Shown here one piece after another: positions 12,948 through 25,100 of a DNA stretch of 64,000 nucleotides. The translations under genes were made by a program, and so were the position numbers. The stretch's first letter is position 1. Every line of letters starts with the position of its first letter. The notes beneath the pieces were generated by a model. It ran no database searches, was not told the origin of the DNA, and was given only the letters and a program-made list of their open reading frames with translations. The stretch comes from Octopus vulgaris (Eukaryota): the NCBI GenBank assembly GCA_951406725.2, contig OX597820.1, forward strand, positions 114,576,001-114,640,000, in the 5' to 3' direction.

Positions 12948-14681
12948 GTAAGTACCATTGAATTTTTTTTACTAAATGTGCAGTCCATATATGAGTGTGT
13001 CAGTGTACACAATGGGGAATTTGAAAAAATGAAGCAGATATGTTCCATTAACTGTGTAATGTGAATATGCGACTGGCTTCCGTGTCGGTGGCACATAAAA
13101 TCCACCAACCGATTGTGACCGTTGCCAGCCTCCCCTGGCACCTGTGCTGGTGGCACGTAAAAGCACCCACTACACTCTCGGAGTGGTTGGCATTAGGAAG
13201 GGCATCCAGCTGTAGAAACACTGCCAGATCAGACTGGGCCTGGTGCAGCCTCCTGGTTTCCCAGATCCCGGTCGAACCGTCCAAACCATGCTAGCATGGA
13301 AAACGGACATTAAACGATGATGATGATGAAAGGTGTGCAAAAGAGTTGTGTGGAAAACTGGATACAAGAGGAATTTAAATGTAGTGTACTGGAGCCAAGA
13401 CTGTGTTAATGTGGACATGTGATGCATATAAAGAATGACAGCTACATAAGAACATGTGAAGTAATCGAAGTGGATTGAACCTATGGAAAGGGGCTGAATG
13501 AAGAAGACTTGGGATGAAGTGGTTATGACTCATCTCAAAATGTTGCATCTCACAAATCATCATCATTTAATATTCACTTTTCCATGGCTGCATGGGTCAG
13601 ATGGAGTTTATTGGGACAGATTTTCTATTGCCAGATGCCTTTCAGTTTTCCAAGTAAGGTAATATTTCCCCTTGGTTAGATGTAATTTTGCAGAATGCTG
13701 GAAACAAAGGATTATTTGTATGTCAAAGGCACTCATTTACCATTATCATGCAGTATCAATACAAAAAGACTCAAGCACACACGCATACATGCACGCATGT
13801 ATGTGCACGCATGCACATGCACATATAATGGGCTTCTTTCGGTTCTGTCATCCAGGGGCTGTGCCTAAGGCACAGCCACACCATGGGATGAACCTGAAAG
13901 CATGTGACTGGGAAGCAAAGTTCCTAACCACACAGCCACGTCTGTGCCAAGGGGACAAAGACTCTGTGGATTGGAAAAGACCCAGCTATCTATACAAACT
14001 TGGTAAAATGTAAATTATAATAATGAGAGGGGTGCAATGATGAAGTTTCAGGTATATAATACATATCTACATCTGAAAATCTCACCCATTTGTACCTGTT
14101 GAGTCACCATCTTCTATCTCTCTTCCCTATTTGTTACGCTCCCATCTTTCTGTCTGCCCTTTTCCTAGTCACTGTATCAGATCTATCCATATTTAATCCC
14201 TTTCTATTCCCTTCATATTGCCCTACTTCTCTCTCCTTCAAATCACAGTGCTTGAAGAATGCAGGAATTTCATTGGATCTTTTACCACCCAATACTTTTA
14301 TCCCTATGTTTTACCTGTTTCTCGTAGGTCACTCTTTTATTAACATCCATCACTTTTTACATACTAATGTTATCTTTCTATACCTCCTTTCCATGGTCAC
14401 ATCTCCTCCCGTAGTCACTCTTTATTGACATTCATCATACTCACTTATTTCCATTTCTATGACTGTCCACCTCTCCCCCCCTCTCTCTCACTCACACACA
14501 CACACACAGAGCCATTAGGGTTTGACAAGATGTGTGTAAAACTAAGCACTTTATGGATATAAAACCCTGGGCATAATTTATTTATATATATATATATATA
14601 ATAATTATTATTTGAGGGAATATTAATCCTAACTTACAGGGAAAAAATTCAATTTAGAAATACTAAATCAAATTTCACACA

Positions 14682-14737
<56 letters not shown>

Positions 14738-15008
14738 GAAAGAACCACCTTTTATCAATTCAAAATGAACAATTAAATTACACCATCTAGAAAATTATAT
14801 ACAATAGAAATATTAAAATTAAAATAACAATAAACTACCAATGATTAAGTAAATTGCAAAAAATAATAAAAACATATATAATTGGTATACGTTTTTATTA
14901 TTTTTTGCAATTTACTTAATCATTGGTATTTTATTGTTATTTTAATTTTAATATTTCTATTGTATATAATTTTCTATTGTATATAATTTTCTAATATTAA
15001 TTTAAGAA

Positions 15009-15545
15009 TTGTACTGCTTGATCACTAGTGATGGTGACATTATGCCTCCCTTCATCTTCCCACACAGCCTCAGACTCAACATGGAGGCCTACATCAAGTG
15101 CCTGGAGGAGGTAATGTTGCCCTGGGTCAAGACCCTATGTCTGGCAACAGGACTGCACCATGCCACACAAGCAGGAGAACCCAGTCATGGCTGTCAGACA
15201 ATTTCTGTGACTGCATCACCGTAACCTCTGGTCACCTAACTCCCCAGACTACAACCCTCTTGATTATTATGTGTGGGGCACATTTGAGCAAGAGACCAAC
15301 AAAACTCCTTATAACACCAGAGATGAACTGAAGGCAAGGATTATGGCAGCATTCAATAACTTAAACAAGGAGACTGTCCAGAAGAGTTGCAGGAGATTCC
15401 AAAGTTGAAGCTAACAGTGATTTTATTGAATAAATTTACTCTTTAATATTTCAAGATATTTTTATGCAGTTTTGGTAAATATATCTGTTAAAATGAGATG
15501 TCAGTGTTATTTTCATTTTTGCATAATTTAGACAACAGTTTATTC
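15009..15545 (+). mobile_element. Tc1/mariner-superfamily transposase remnant (maT/DD37D-like)
   Basis: ITSDGDIMPPFIF, WQQD, APCHTSRRTQSWL and PNSPDYNPLDYYVWG across frameshifts. Confidence 0.8.
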
Positions 15546-15811
15546 ATAGAGAGTAGTAAGATATGAAGGTAATAGAAAGGGATTAAGTATGGATGTGTGT
15601 GTGTATACACCCATAGTAAAGATCAGCAGTGATATTATGGTTCCAGTTTACCAACCCTTATTATCAGATTGTTAAAAAGTACTGACTGTTCCTGCAGTTT
15701 AATAGGAAAAGTAAACGGTGCTAAAAAAAATTTATGATCAGAATATATATTTATTGCAAATACTGACTACATGTGAAATATCTTTATGTGTTTGACCACT
15801 TTCTCTTGCAG

Positions 15812-16007
15812 ATTATGGTCAGTTCTGGTGGTATGTTGGTCCAAAAGTTAAGTGTCACTGACCTCCAAAATGACAACAGTCCATATGATGGTACCATGGC
15901 TTATGCACATAATAAGAGACAGCAGGTGATAATGTCTGAACAATATGCAAGGAAATACCCTAGCATCTACTTTTGCTCCATGCACCCAGGGTGGGCTGAT
16001 ACACCTG
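15812..16007 (+). CDS. DHRS12: DHRS12-like catalytic exon: IMVSSGGMLVQKL...YDGTMAYAHNKRQQV...SMHPGWADTP
   Basis: ttgcAG acceptor, GTAAGT donor, 196 nt, phase 0-1; catalytic Ser (VSS), YxxxK (YAHNK) and HPGWADT, characteristic of DHRS12. Confidence 0.97.
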
Positions 16008-16099
16008 GTAAGTGTTATTTCTATTTTTTATTCTTTTTTTTTATTATTATGTTGTTTTTTGTTTGGTTTTATGCTTATTTGGTTTTTCTCTGTTTGGTT

Positions 16100-18300
16100 A
16101 AGAGTTTTGCTTCTTTACACCCACATGATTTCAGGCATCCAGATCATTTGAACTTTTTAGGGTCATTCTTCTCTCAGCCAAGCAAAGCTTGCATCACCCA
16201 GGTTTTTCCAATGTTTTCCTTTCATTTGATTTTGTATGGCATTTCTTGTTTTAATTGCCTTATATAACTAACTAATGTTATAATGCTGTACCTTGTTTGG
16301 TTTCCAAATAAGCACCTGTGATTATTTATCTTGACCTTAAAGAGGCCCTCCTTTGCTCCAACATATATCTGTGAATCTGTCTTCATTGTTGTTGTTTTCA
16401 CTGCATTGGCCAACATCCCCTCTGCTGCATGAGCATCCTACCTCTTCACAGAGTTTTGGGGTAATCACTAATAGCTTTTTGACATTAAACAACAACCAAA
16501 CACAATATCTAAGTTATGCCTCTTGGATAATCCCCTATTACCTATGAGACTCTGTAAAATGCTTATCCACTAATCTAAGGAAGGCTTTCCCATGCAGGTT
16601 TTCACATTGGGTAAAACAGTGAGGCAAACCAAAAAACTTTGGTGCTTTTTCTTGTGAGTAAAGTTGATGCAGTTCTGAAACCTGCTGGTTGTTAGAGTTT
16701 CACTGTAATAGGAGGATGCATCAAAACATCTTTATTCAAAGATAGGTTTGAACTCCTCCTACTGACAGGTTTGAACTCCTCTTACTGACACCCTTTACAA
16801 AGATTTTAAAGACTATAGACAAGTAGCAGAAGGTTGTTCTGATATACGACCACCATTAGGTTTGTATTGGAGCCTGTATGAACTGATGCCCAGATTAAGT
16901 TTAATGTTTAAGAAATTTACTACTGTAAGTTGGATCTCTATGGTTACCTCAGTCCTAAGGAGTTAAGAATGTGAATCAGGTATTTCCTAAGCCTAACCAG
17001 AGTGTGTCTGTGCCTCGAGAGATGGCTAAAGTGTTGTCTCTATATAAGCCAAATTGAGTTGATAGGAATTCCTTACTTAAGATGTCTTGTATAAATAATC
17101 CTATAAGGCAGCAGATAAGCATGTGGTTGTTTGTTCCCATTTTAACAATGAAGGAGCCTTTGGGATCTATTCATTTGACCCAAGCTGTACCTTTGTTAAA
17201 CAGAAGGGCTTTTCTTGAGTGTATTATTACTTTTATATTCTTACAGTTAACATTGGTAAACTCCTTGATAAAAATAGGTGACCTTTCTACAGCCTTTTCA
17301 ATATGGATGGGTGAGAGCCCTCTATATCAAATTGCTTGAACCTTGCTCTGCTTCTTTCCTGACTGGTCTTAACCATGAAACTACTTCGTTATTGTTACAC
17401 CATAAGAGATGGGGTGCTTTCCTTATGTCAGCTTTTATCTTCTGCTGTATGTTTCCCACACCAACCCAATTTCTGATTAAGCTGGTAGCAGTTTGGGTTG
17501 GAGAAAAAGTTCAGTTTGTGATCCTTGATGATAATAAAGATATTCTTCTTAGCTAAATTTTTTACTCTGTCTAGTATATCTAACTTGCTAGCTGTTTGGT
17601 CTTGTTTATTCTCTGAGCCAGTAGTACATAAAAAGCACCATCCATACGTGGTCGATGCCAGCACCACTTAGGCTGGCTTCCGTGCCGGTGGCATGTAAAA
17701 AGCACCAACCGATCATAGCCGTTGCCAGCCTCCCCTGGTACCTATGCTGGTGGCACGTAAAAAGCACCCACTACACTCACGGAGTGGTTGGCGTTAGGAA
17801 GGGCATCCAGCTGTAGAAACACTGCCAGATCAGACTGGAGCCTGGTGCAGCCTTCTGGCTTCCCAGATCCCCGGTCGAACCGTCCGACCCATGCTAGCAT
17901 GGAAAACGGACGTTAAACGATGATGATGATGTATAAGGAGAAGCCTGTCTATAATTCTGTGTAATGCTATTCTCCAAGAGCTTATCACATGCATTGATAT
18001 CTTCTCTATATAGGCTTTTGGTTTTATCTGAGAAAGGTAAAGTATTTAAGGATTTGTGTACTTGAACTAAGCTTGCACTGAAAGGGGTTAGAGGACTTAC
18101 AGAATTTCAATTTGGAGACAATGTCCAGTAGATCTGCTTCAAAGGCCTCCAGTTCTTTAAGTCTGGCTGGGAACTTTCTAGATTTGATGTCATAAAAATT
18201 GGACTCTGAGAGCAACATTTCTTGCTCATAGAAGTCAGCCTTCCATCTCGTGAACATTATTAGGGTGATGAGGATCCTTTGGAGGATCCTTGGGTAGAGT
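16100..18300 (-). mobile_element. Decayed near-full-length Penelope-like element (RT + C-terminal GIY-YIG) in DHRS12 intron
   Basis: Minus-strand remnants in order: RWKADFY...LKELEAFEADLLDIV; FIVKMGT...IGLF...GLYRDNTL (RT core, YRDD type); VNFLNI...YKPN; GKAFLRLVDKHF; IYVGAKEGLFKVKINNH (GIY-YIG); CKLCLAER. Interrupted by a SINE at about 17620-17930. Confidence 0.85.
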
Positions 18301-18804
18301 TTGTGTGCTTATACTAAGTCACAGAGGGACTTGTTTTATATTTTCTTTATGGATATGGAGGTATACGATCTTGGTTACTCTACCAAAAACAAACATATCC
18401 ATGCTATGCTGCTACGGGTAGTAGTTATTGTCATGGTCATGATGACAGCTGCTGTGGTGGTGGTTATAGTGGCAGTGATGGTGATGGTGGTAGAGTGAGG
18501 CGGGTGGCAGGCAGACAAAGAGAAATAGTAAGGGTTACTGTTACTATAACAACCACACATGCACACACACTCACACACAGAATCACATAAATGCACTTAA
18601 CTTTATAAACCCACAGACAGAGTAACATACAAATGCACATGTCCACAACAACCGAAGGACTGAGAAGGACTGATAGGGCCCCAGATTAAATGCTCAAAAA
18701 TATTTACTTTTCTCCATTCATATTCTGTGTTCAAATCCCACTTGTACCAGTAAGGGAAATCAATATCATAAAATAAAAGTAAAATATTTGTTTCATGTTA
18801 ACAG

Positions 18805-18942
18805 GAGTTGAAACTGCCATGCCAGGCTTCTATTCTAAAATGAAGGATCGCCTCCGTACACCTCAACAAGGGGCTGACACTGCGTTGTGGCTTGCAATTG
18901 CTTCAGCTCCAAAGACTTTTGTTAGTGGACAATTTTTTCAAG
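18805..18942 (+). CDS. DHRS12: DHRS12-like exon: (G)VETAMPGFYSKMKDRLRTPQQGADTALWLAIASAPKTFVSGQFFQ
   Basis: acAG acceptor, GTATGT donor, 138 nt, phase 1-1; GADT.LWLA and SG.FFQ motifs. Confidence 0.96.
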
Positions 18943-18950
18943 GTATGTAT

Positions 18951-19357
18951 ACTCTTTTACTTGTTTCAGTCATTTGACTGTGGCCATGCTGGAGCACCGC
19001 CTTTAGTCAAGCAAATCGACCCCAGGACTTATTCTTTGTAAGCCTAGTACTTATTCTATTGGTCTCTTTTGCCGAACCGCTAAGTTACAGGGACGTAAAC
19101 ACACCAGCATCGGTTGTCAAGCGATGTTGGGGGGACAAACACAGATACACAAACATATACACACACATTTCTATATGTATACATACATATATACGACGGG
19201 CTTCTTTAAGTTTCCGTCTACCAAATCAACTCACAAGGCTTTGGTCGGCCCGAGGCTATAGTAGAAGACACTTGTCCAAGGTGCCATGCAGTGGGACTGC
19301 ACCCGGAACCATGTGGTTCGTAAGCAAGCTACTTACCACACAGCCACTCCTACGCCT
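18951..19357 (-). mobile_element. Family A SINE, full length, immediately after an exon donor
   Basis: Reverse complement of the 59325-59737 copy. Confidence 0.9.
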
Positions 19358-21541
19358 GTATAGGGTTTTTTTTTTCTTTTTCTTTTTTTTTCTTTTTCTT
19401 TCTTTTTTCTTTTTTTGCAAGAAGCTTGGCTGTGTGATTCAAAAGTTCGCTTCTCAATCACATGATTTGGGGTTCAGTTCCCTGCATGGCATCTTAGGTG
19501 TCTTTTATTATTGCTCTGTACCAACCAAAGTTTGTGAGTAAATTTAGTAGATAGAAATGGAAAGAAACTCTTCATATATATCGATGTCATCATCAACATT
19601 TAATGTCTGTTTTCCATGCTGGCATGTGTTGAACAGCTTGACAGGAGCTAGCAAGTCTAGAGGAGGCACCAGGTTCCATAGTCTCTTTTGGCTTGGTTTT
19701 TATGGCTGGATGCCCTTCCTAATGTCAACAGAATTTACTGGGTGCTTACCATGTGTCACCATCACTAAGTGCTTTTTAGGTGGAACCGGCACCAGTGCTT
19801 TTTACCTGGCAGCATGTGTGTGTGTGTGTTCCTTTGTATATTAGTTGCCATTTGTACTCCACAAACTTCAAAGACATGGGAAATATAAAATTCCTTACTT
19901 GAAAAATAATTAAGGGTTTGTAACAAACGGGATATCTGGTTATAAAACAATACTTCAATAATATAACCATCTAACCCATGCTGATATGAAAAAAATTGAT
20001 GTAAAAATGAATGAATAAACAAAATAAGTTTCTTTCATTCTAATTCACTTTTTGCTTTGTTTTGTATTTTATTTCTGGTTGGTTCCGACAGTTGATACTT
20101 TTCATTTACAATGCTGTGTTCCTCATATTTTCTTTATAACTAGTGGAATGCTTGAAAGAAAGTTAGTTTAGTTTCTATGCAGGAGAATTTGATACAGACA
20201 AGTCCAAGAATCCAGTCTTCAGTGGAATAACAGTGCTAATCATATTGTATTATGTTGGTATAGGTGTAATTAGTATGCAAAGTTTGATATTTGCATAATG
20301 TTGCAGTAATTTTTTTCCCCCTTTTTTTTCTGTATAACTGGATATCTTTTCTGCAGCTACCCAAGCATTTTAAAGTGGTACTAGTTGTCAGCCAAGTAGA
20401 TTGAGGCTGGCAGAGTTATGTATCTTGCCTAGTAACCCATAATGTGTGGTATCTCATATCTACTACAAGTATTTCATTGTGTCTCTTGGGAGAATACTTT
20501 TATTCTACAGTGTCACAATTTGGCTTGGCAAACAAGTGCCAAATTATATGTGAATGTTACCTGCAAAAAACTTCCATCCAGGTGAAGAAGCTATTTCATT
20601 TGCTTCAAACACAAGATGTAGGATACATTTACCGTTTTTTTTAGCAACCAATAAAATTTGGACACTTCTTTAGATGGTCATTAACCCAACACCATCTTAT
20701 AAATGTCCATAATGCTATTCTGTTTGCCACAATATGTATTCAAGTGTCACTCTTTTAGAAATCTTAAAACTATGGAACAAAATCTATGAAATAATTTACT
20801 TAATGGCATAAGAGCATGTTTAGCTTTCAGCAAGCTTATCAAAGACATAATTGAAATATTTAACAATGAAATGTGTGAGTATTTAGCTTTGAAAAAGCTT
20901 ATGTATGGAAAACAATCAAAGACATAATTGAAATCATTAACATAACAAAATGTGTTTAGCTTCCAACAAACTTAACTATGAAGAACAATTAAACACATAA
21001 ATATAATATTTAATATAATCAAAAACTGTGGTGAAATTGTTTAAGTTTATGAATCAAAATAGAAACAAGAACATTTATAAAACAGAATTCCAGAGATCCC
21101 ACTAGTTTGTTATTAACCTTGTGCCTGTTTAAGAAATCAGTATCATTACTAAGGCAGTAGCTAGCAGAATCATTAGCATAGCAGAGAAAGTAGCCAGCAG
21201 AATTTTTTTCCAGTTGTTTACAATCTGAGTTCAAATCCTGCTGAAATCAATTTTACCTGTCATCCTTTCAGAATTGATAAAATAAAATACAAGTCAAGCA
21301 CTGAGTTCAATGTAATTGATTTTCCTCACTCCTCTAAAATTGCTTGCCTCATGGCAAAATTTTAAACCATTACCATTGACAGAATCACTAGCACATTGGT
21401 CAAAATTCTTAGCAGCATTTCTCAAATCTCCACTGAGGTCAACTTTACCTTTCATTCTTTGAGGGTTGATGTAATTGATTTACCCCTTCCACCAAATTTC
21501 AGGCCTTGTGCCTATAGTAAGAAAGATTATTATTATTATCA

Positions 21542-21909
21542 TCTCTCTATATATAAACTGCAAAATGTCTGTGTGTGTGTCCTTTATACAAATCTACAAT
21601 TTTTCAGTTAGAAGGCTCGCACTTTCTATGGTCATTCAAAATCGTCCAAGGGTGGTCGTGCACATCTTTACATTTCCCCAGTCACTCCACAAAGCCATTA
21701 AAAAAAAATCAATAGAAGTGACTTTTTTGTGAAGTTTCTATCCAAAACCCAATCAAAATGCCTAAAACTTGATACGCCAATTGAATGCCAGCTAGCTTGT
21801 ATGTGATTAGTCAGAGATTTGGACAGTACTCGCGTGTATGTGTGCATGCATGCAGCTGTATATGCATGCACTAGCACTATGACCCGGTGTTGCCAGGTCA
21901 TAGTGCTAG
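21542..21909 (+). mobile_element. Non-autonomous Helitron-like element (same family as 6728-7056)
   Basis: A|TC start; terminal hairpin CTAGCACTATGACC...GGTCATAGTGCTAG|T. Confidence 0.72.
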
Positions 21910-22180
21910 TTATTATTATTATTATTATTGCCTTTGCACATCTTCTAATGCTGGAGATGTACTATGGTGTCAGCTGTTCACTAACAGTGAACTAAGGTAA
22001 CACCTCTTATTTTTCAAGCACCTTCCAGAGTATTCAAGCGATTCCAAGCAGTGCTGTTTTCTGCAAGTGCTTCACCCTTATTGCAGCCCCTGTTTGTTCC
22101 ATGTACTTCTTGAGATTTTTACTCACTGTTCCCTGGACTCCAACAATTATTGGTACTACTACCACCTTTTTCATCGATCA
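21910..22180 (-). mobile_element. 3' end of an R4/Dong-like RLE LINE abutting (TAA)n
   Basis: Minus strand VVVPIIVGVQGTVSKNL...LQKTALLGIA*ILWKVLEK*, then a 3' UTR and a TAA run; Dong elements are known TAA-repeat targeters. Confidence 0.75.
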
Positions 22181-22184
22181 CATG

Positions 22185-25100
22185 TTCAACAAAGGAACAC
22201 GCTCCTTGTCAATGAAAACTGAGAATGAGGAAAGAATTGTGAATATGAATATCGAATGGCCTAAACTTAATGACATCACCGAGGTGAAAAATGTTTCGTC
22301 TCTAAGCAACATTAAAACTTTCGGTGTCAACAACAACAACCTCAACAGCAGCAGCAGTGACAACAACAACAACACCAATAATAACAGCAACAACAATATG
22401 AAAGAAATGAAACATAAAAACGCAAATATTGCCTCTGTATATTTTGTGTCTGCGGTGAGAAATATGGAAAGTTTCCACATAGATGAAGGAGAATTAAAAT
22501 TGGCTAGAAAAATTGTTAAAAGAGATGGGAGAAGGGTGGCTCTAAACCGTCCATCTGAAGTGATAGAAAATATCACAAGATGTATGGTAACATATCATTG
22601 CATAAGAGTCAAGTCTCAGCAGGTGGAAAATGCTTCTGAGAGTGAAGTACAAAAGTGTCTCGGGCGCATGTGGGAACAAAAGACCCACATCACCCGAGGA
22701 AAGAAGTTTGCAACCACTGAGGTGAGATTTGGGATGGAAGAAGAAGCTAGATGTATTCTACAACCACTTTGAGGAATGATGACTTTTTCTTAATCCCCAG
22801 CTATCATGGCTAATGCCTTGCCAAGATTAGGGTGCTAAATGTGCCACCAGAAATATCCATTACCTGGTTAGTGGCAGCTGTCTTGGCAGGTTTAGAAGAA
22901 GATGAAGTCACAATGTTGGAGGTCAAGAAACTTCCTAGGCAAAACTGGTTAGGTATAGGTATGGAACTGACCTTGCAATGGAAGCAGGAACATATCAACC
23001 AGCTGCCCAATCTAATCATTCTCCTGGATGGTATTCTCCTGTCAGTAGTCATGGAGGGTAGAAAGCCAAGATGCCACACGTGGATCTGTAAATCACTTAA
23101 AAGTTTCCTGTCCTGAAACAAGGAAAAGTAAAGTCCCTAAAGGTGGCGCCTTTAGACTGGTGCTGGTTTATGCCTCAACAGGGACTAGAAGGCCAGATTT
23201 CTTCAGACATCTAGGAACATTCTTGGGAACATCTCACACTTAAGTACTAGTGGGGGACTGGAATAGTATTTTGGACACACAGAAGGACTACAGGTTTAGT
23301 ACACAGTAGAAGGGAGTGTAAACGCTTCAATAACCTGCTCAGGACTTTCCAGCTTTCTGCATTTCTCTGCTGTGCCAGTGTGGACATGGAGCAACCAGAG
23401 TGAGTCATCCAGATCATATTTAGATATAGTTTTGTTTGGTCAGAGGGTAGGGATAGCATAGGTTGTCCACAATTTAAATTGGTTGGCTACATAGATCACA
23501 AATTTGTGATATGCTTAGTCAATTTAGATAGGACCTGTAGACAGGGATCCAGTTACTGGAAGTTGAATGTGTCCTTACTGGCTTGCAAAGACTACAGGGA
23601 CCAGATTAGCGAACTAGTTAAGCAGGAGTTGACAGAGGCTACCATCAGCAACCGGTGGTGGATTGCTCTGAAGAGAGCAATTAAATTAGAATTGATAGCA
23701 TTTAGAAAAGATTTAGCAAAAGAAAGAAATAGATTAGAGGGAGAACTAATTAGCAATCTAGAAGAGGCTATTAGTAAAGGCATCACAATCGACCTATTAG
23801 TGGTGAGAATAGCCCTTGACCATTTCTCTGAGGTGAAACATAAAAGGTGTGTTATCAGAGCTAAGGCCCATGCGCTAAAACATGAATGAACTAAAGCCAT
23901 CTGATGGGCGCAAATGGAAACAATCCACGATCAAATCTTTGATGGATCAGGACAGATGCTGCGTTCTACTTGGTTCTGAGCAGATGTGTGCTGCTTTCCA
24001 ACAGCTGTTTGGAGAGGGTGATGGGTCAACAATGGTAGCAAACATTACTTTGTACCCAGATGGCCTACCATGGCTCTTGGCTACAGATGCAAGATTCTGT
24101 GAAAAGTCGATTACAGCCTCTGAAATATAGGAGTATTTCACAAATTGCCCGATTTGGATGGTCTGACCTACGAATTCTATGTTTTCATGCCAGATTTGTT
24201 TGGCAGCCTCTTGGCAGATGTTTACAGTAACTTGCAGCAGATCAAGAAAATTCCTAGTGCAGTTAGCCAGGGTGTAGTAACACTGCTGAGAAAGGACGCC
24301 CACGATGAGGACATGCTAGGGAATTTTCAGCCCATAACTCTGCTAGACACAGAGTTTAAGATTTTGGCCAAGGTTTTAGGGAAAAGGTTGGTGCTTGTCT
24401 TTGGTAGTCTGGTCGGGGAGGCACAAACGTGCACAATCCCGAGCAGGTCTTTCCACGACAACCTCCACCTTATGCGATACATCATAGAGAGGTCTGAAAC
24501 TAAAGCTGGCTTCAGTGGGGCCCTAATCAATTTAGATTAATCGAAAGCTTTCAATAGGGTAGACCATTGCTACTTGGAAGCCATCCTTAAAGCGGCTGGC
24601 TTCAGATTCATTTTCAGAGGCTGGATTGCTGCAGTGCACAGTGGTACCTGCTCGGTGGTCAAAGTAAATGGCCACCTATCAGAACTGTTTACTATTGCAC
24701 GTTTGGTCCATCAGGGCTGCCTGCTGTCACCTCTCCTATATGTGCTGGCTCTTGAGCCACTACTGTGGAAGTTGGACCAGTTAAGAGGCCTCCTTTTCAA
24801 AATTGGACTCAGGAGGGCTGTGTTTGCATATGCAGCTGACATTACCATCATGGTGTTGGACGCCTCCAAAGTGGAGATGGTTGGCTCCATTGTAAAGGAA
24901 TATAAGTCAGTTGTAGGGGCTAAAATCAATGCCAACAAGTTGGTGAGATTTCAACTGGAGAGGCAGATCAATGCTGTCAGACAGCTGCATCAGATGCTAG
25001 ACTGACAGACCAGTTAAAATGCTTGGGGTCTGGTTTGGTCCTGATCTCCAGGTGGATAAGAATTGGGAAGATGTGACAAACAGGGTGATCTCTCTTACCC

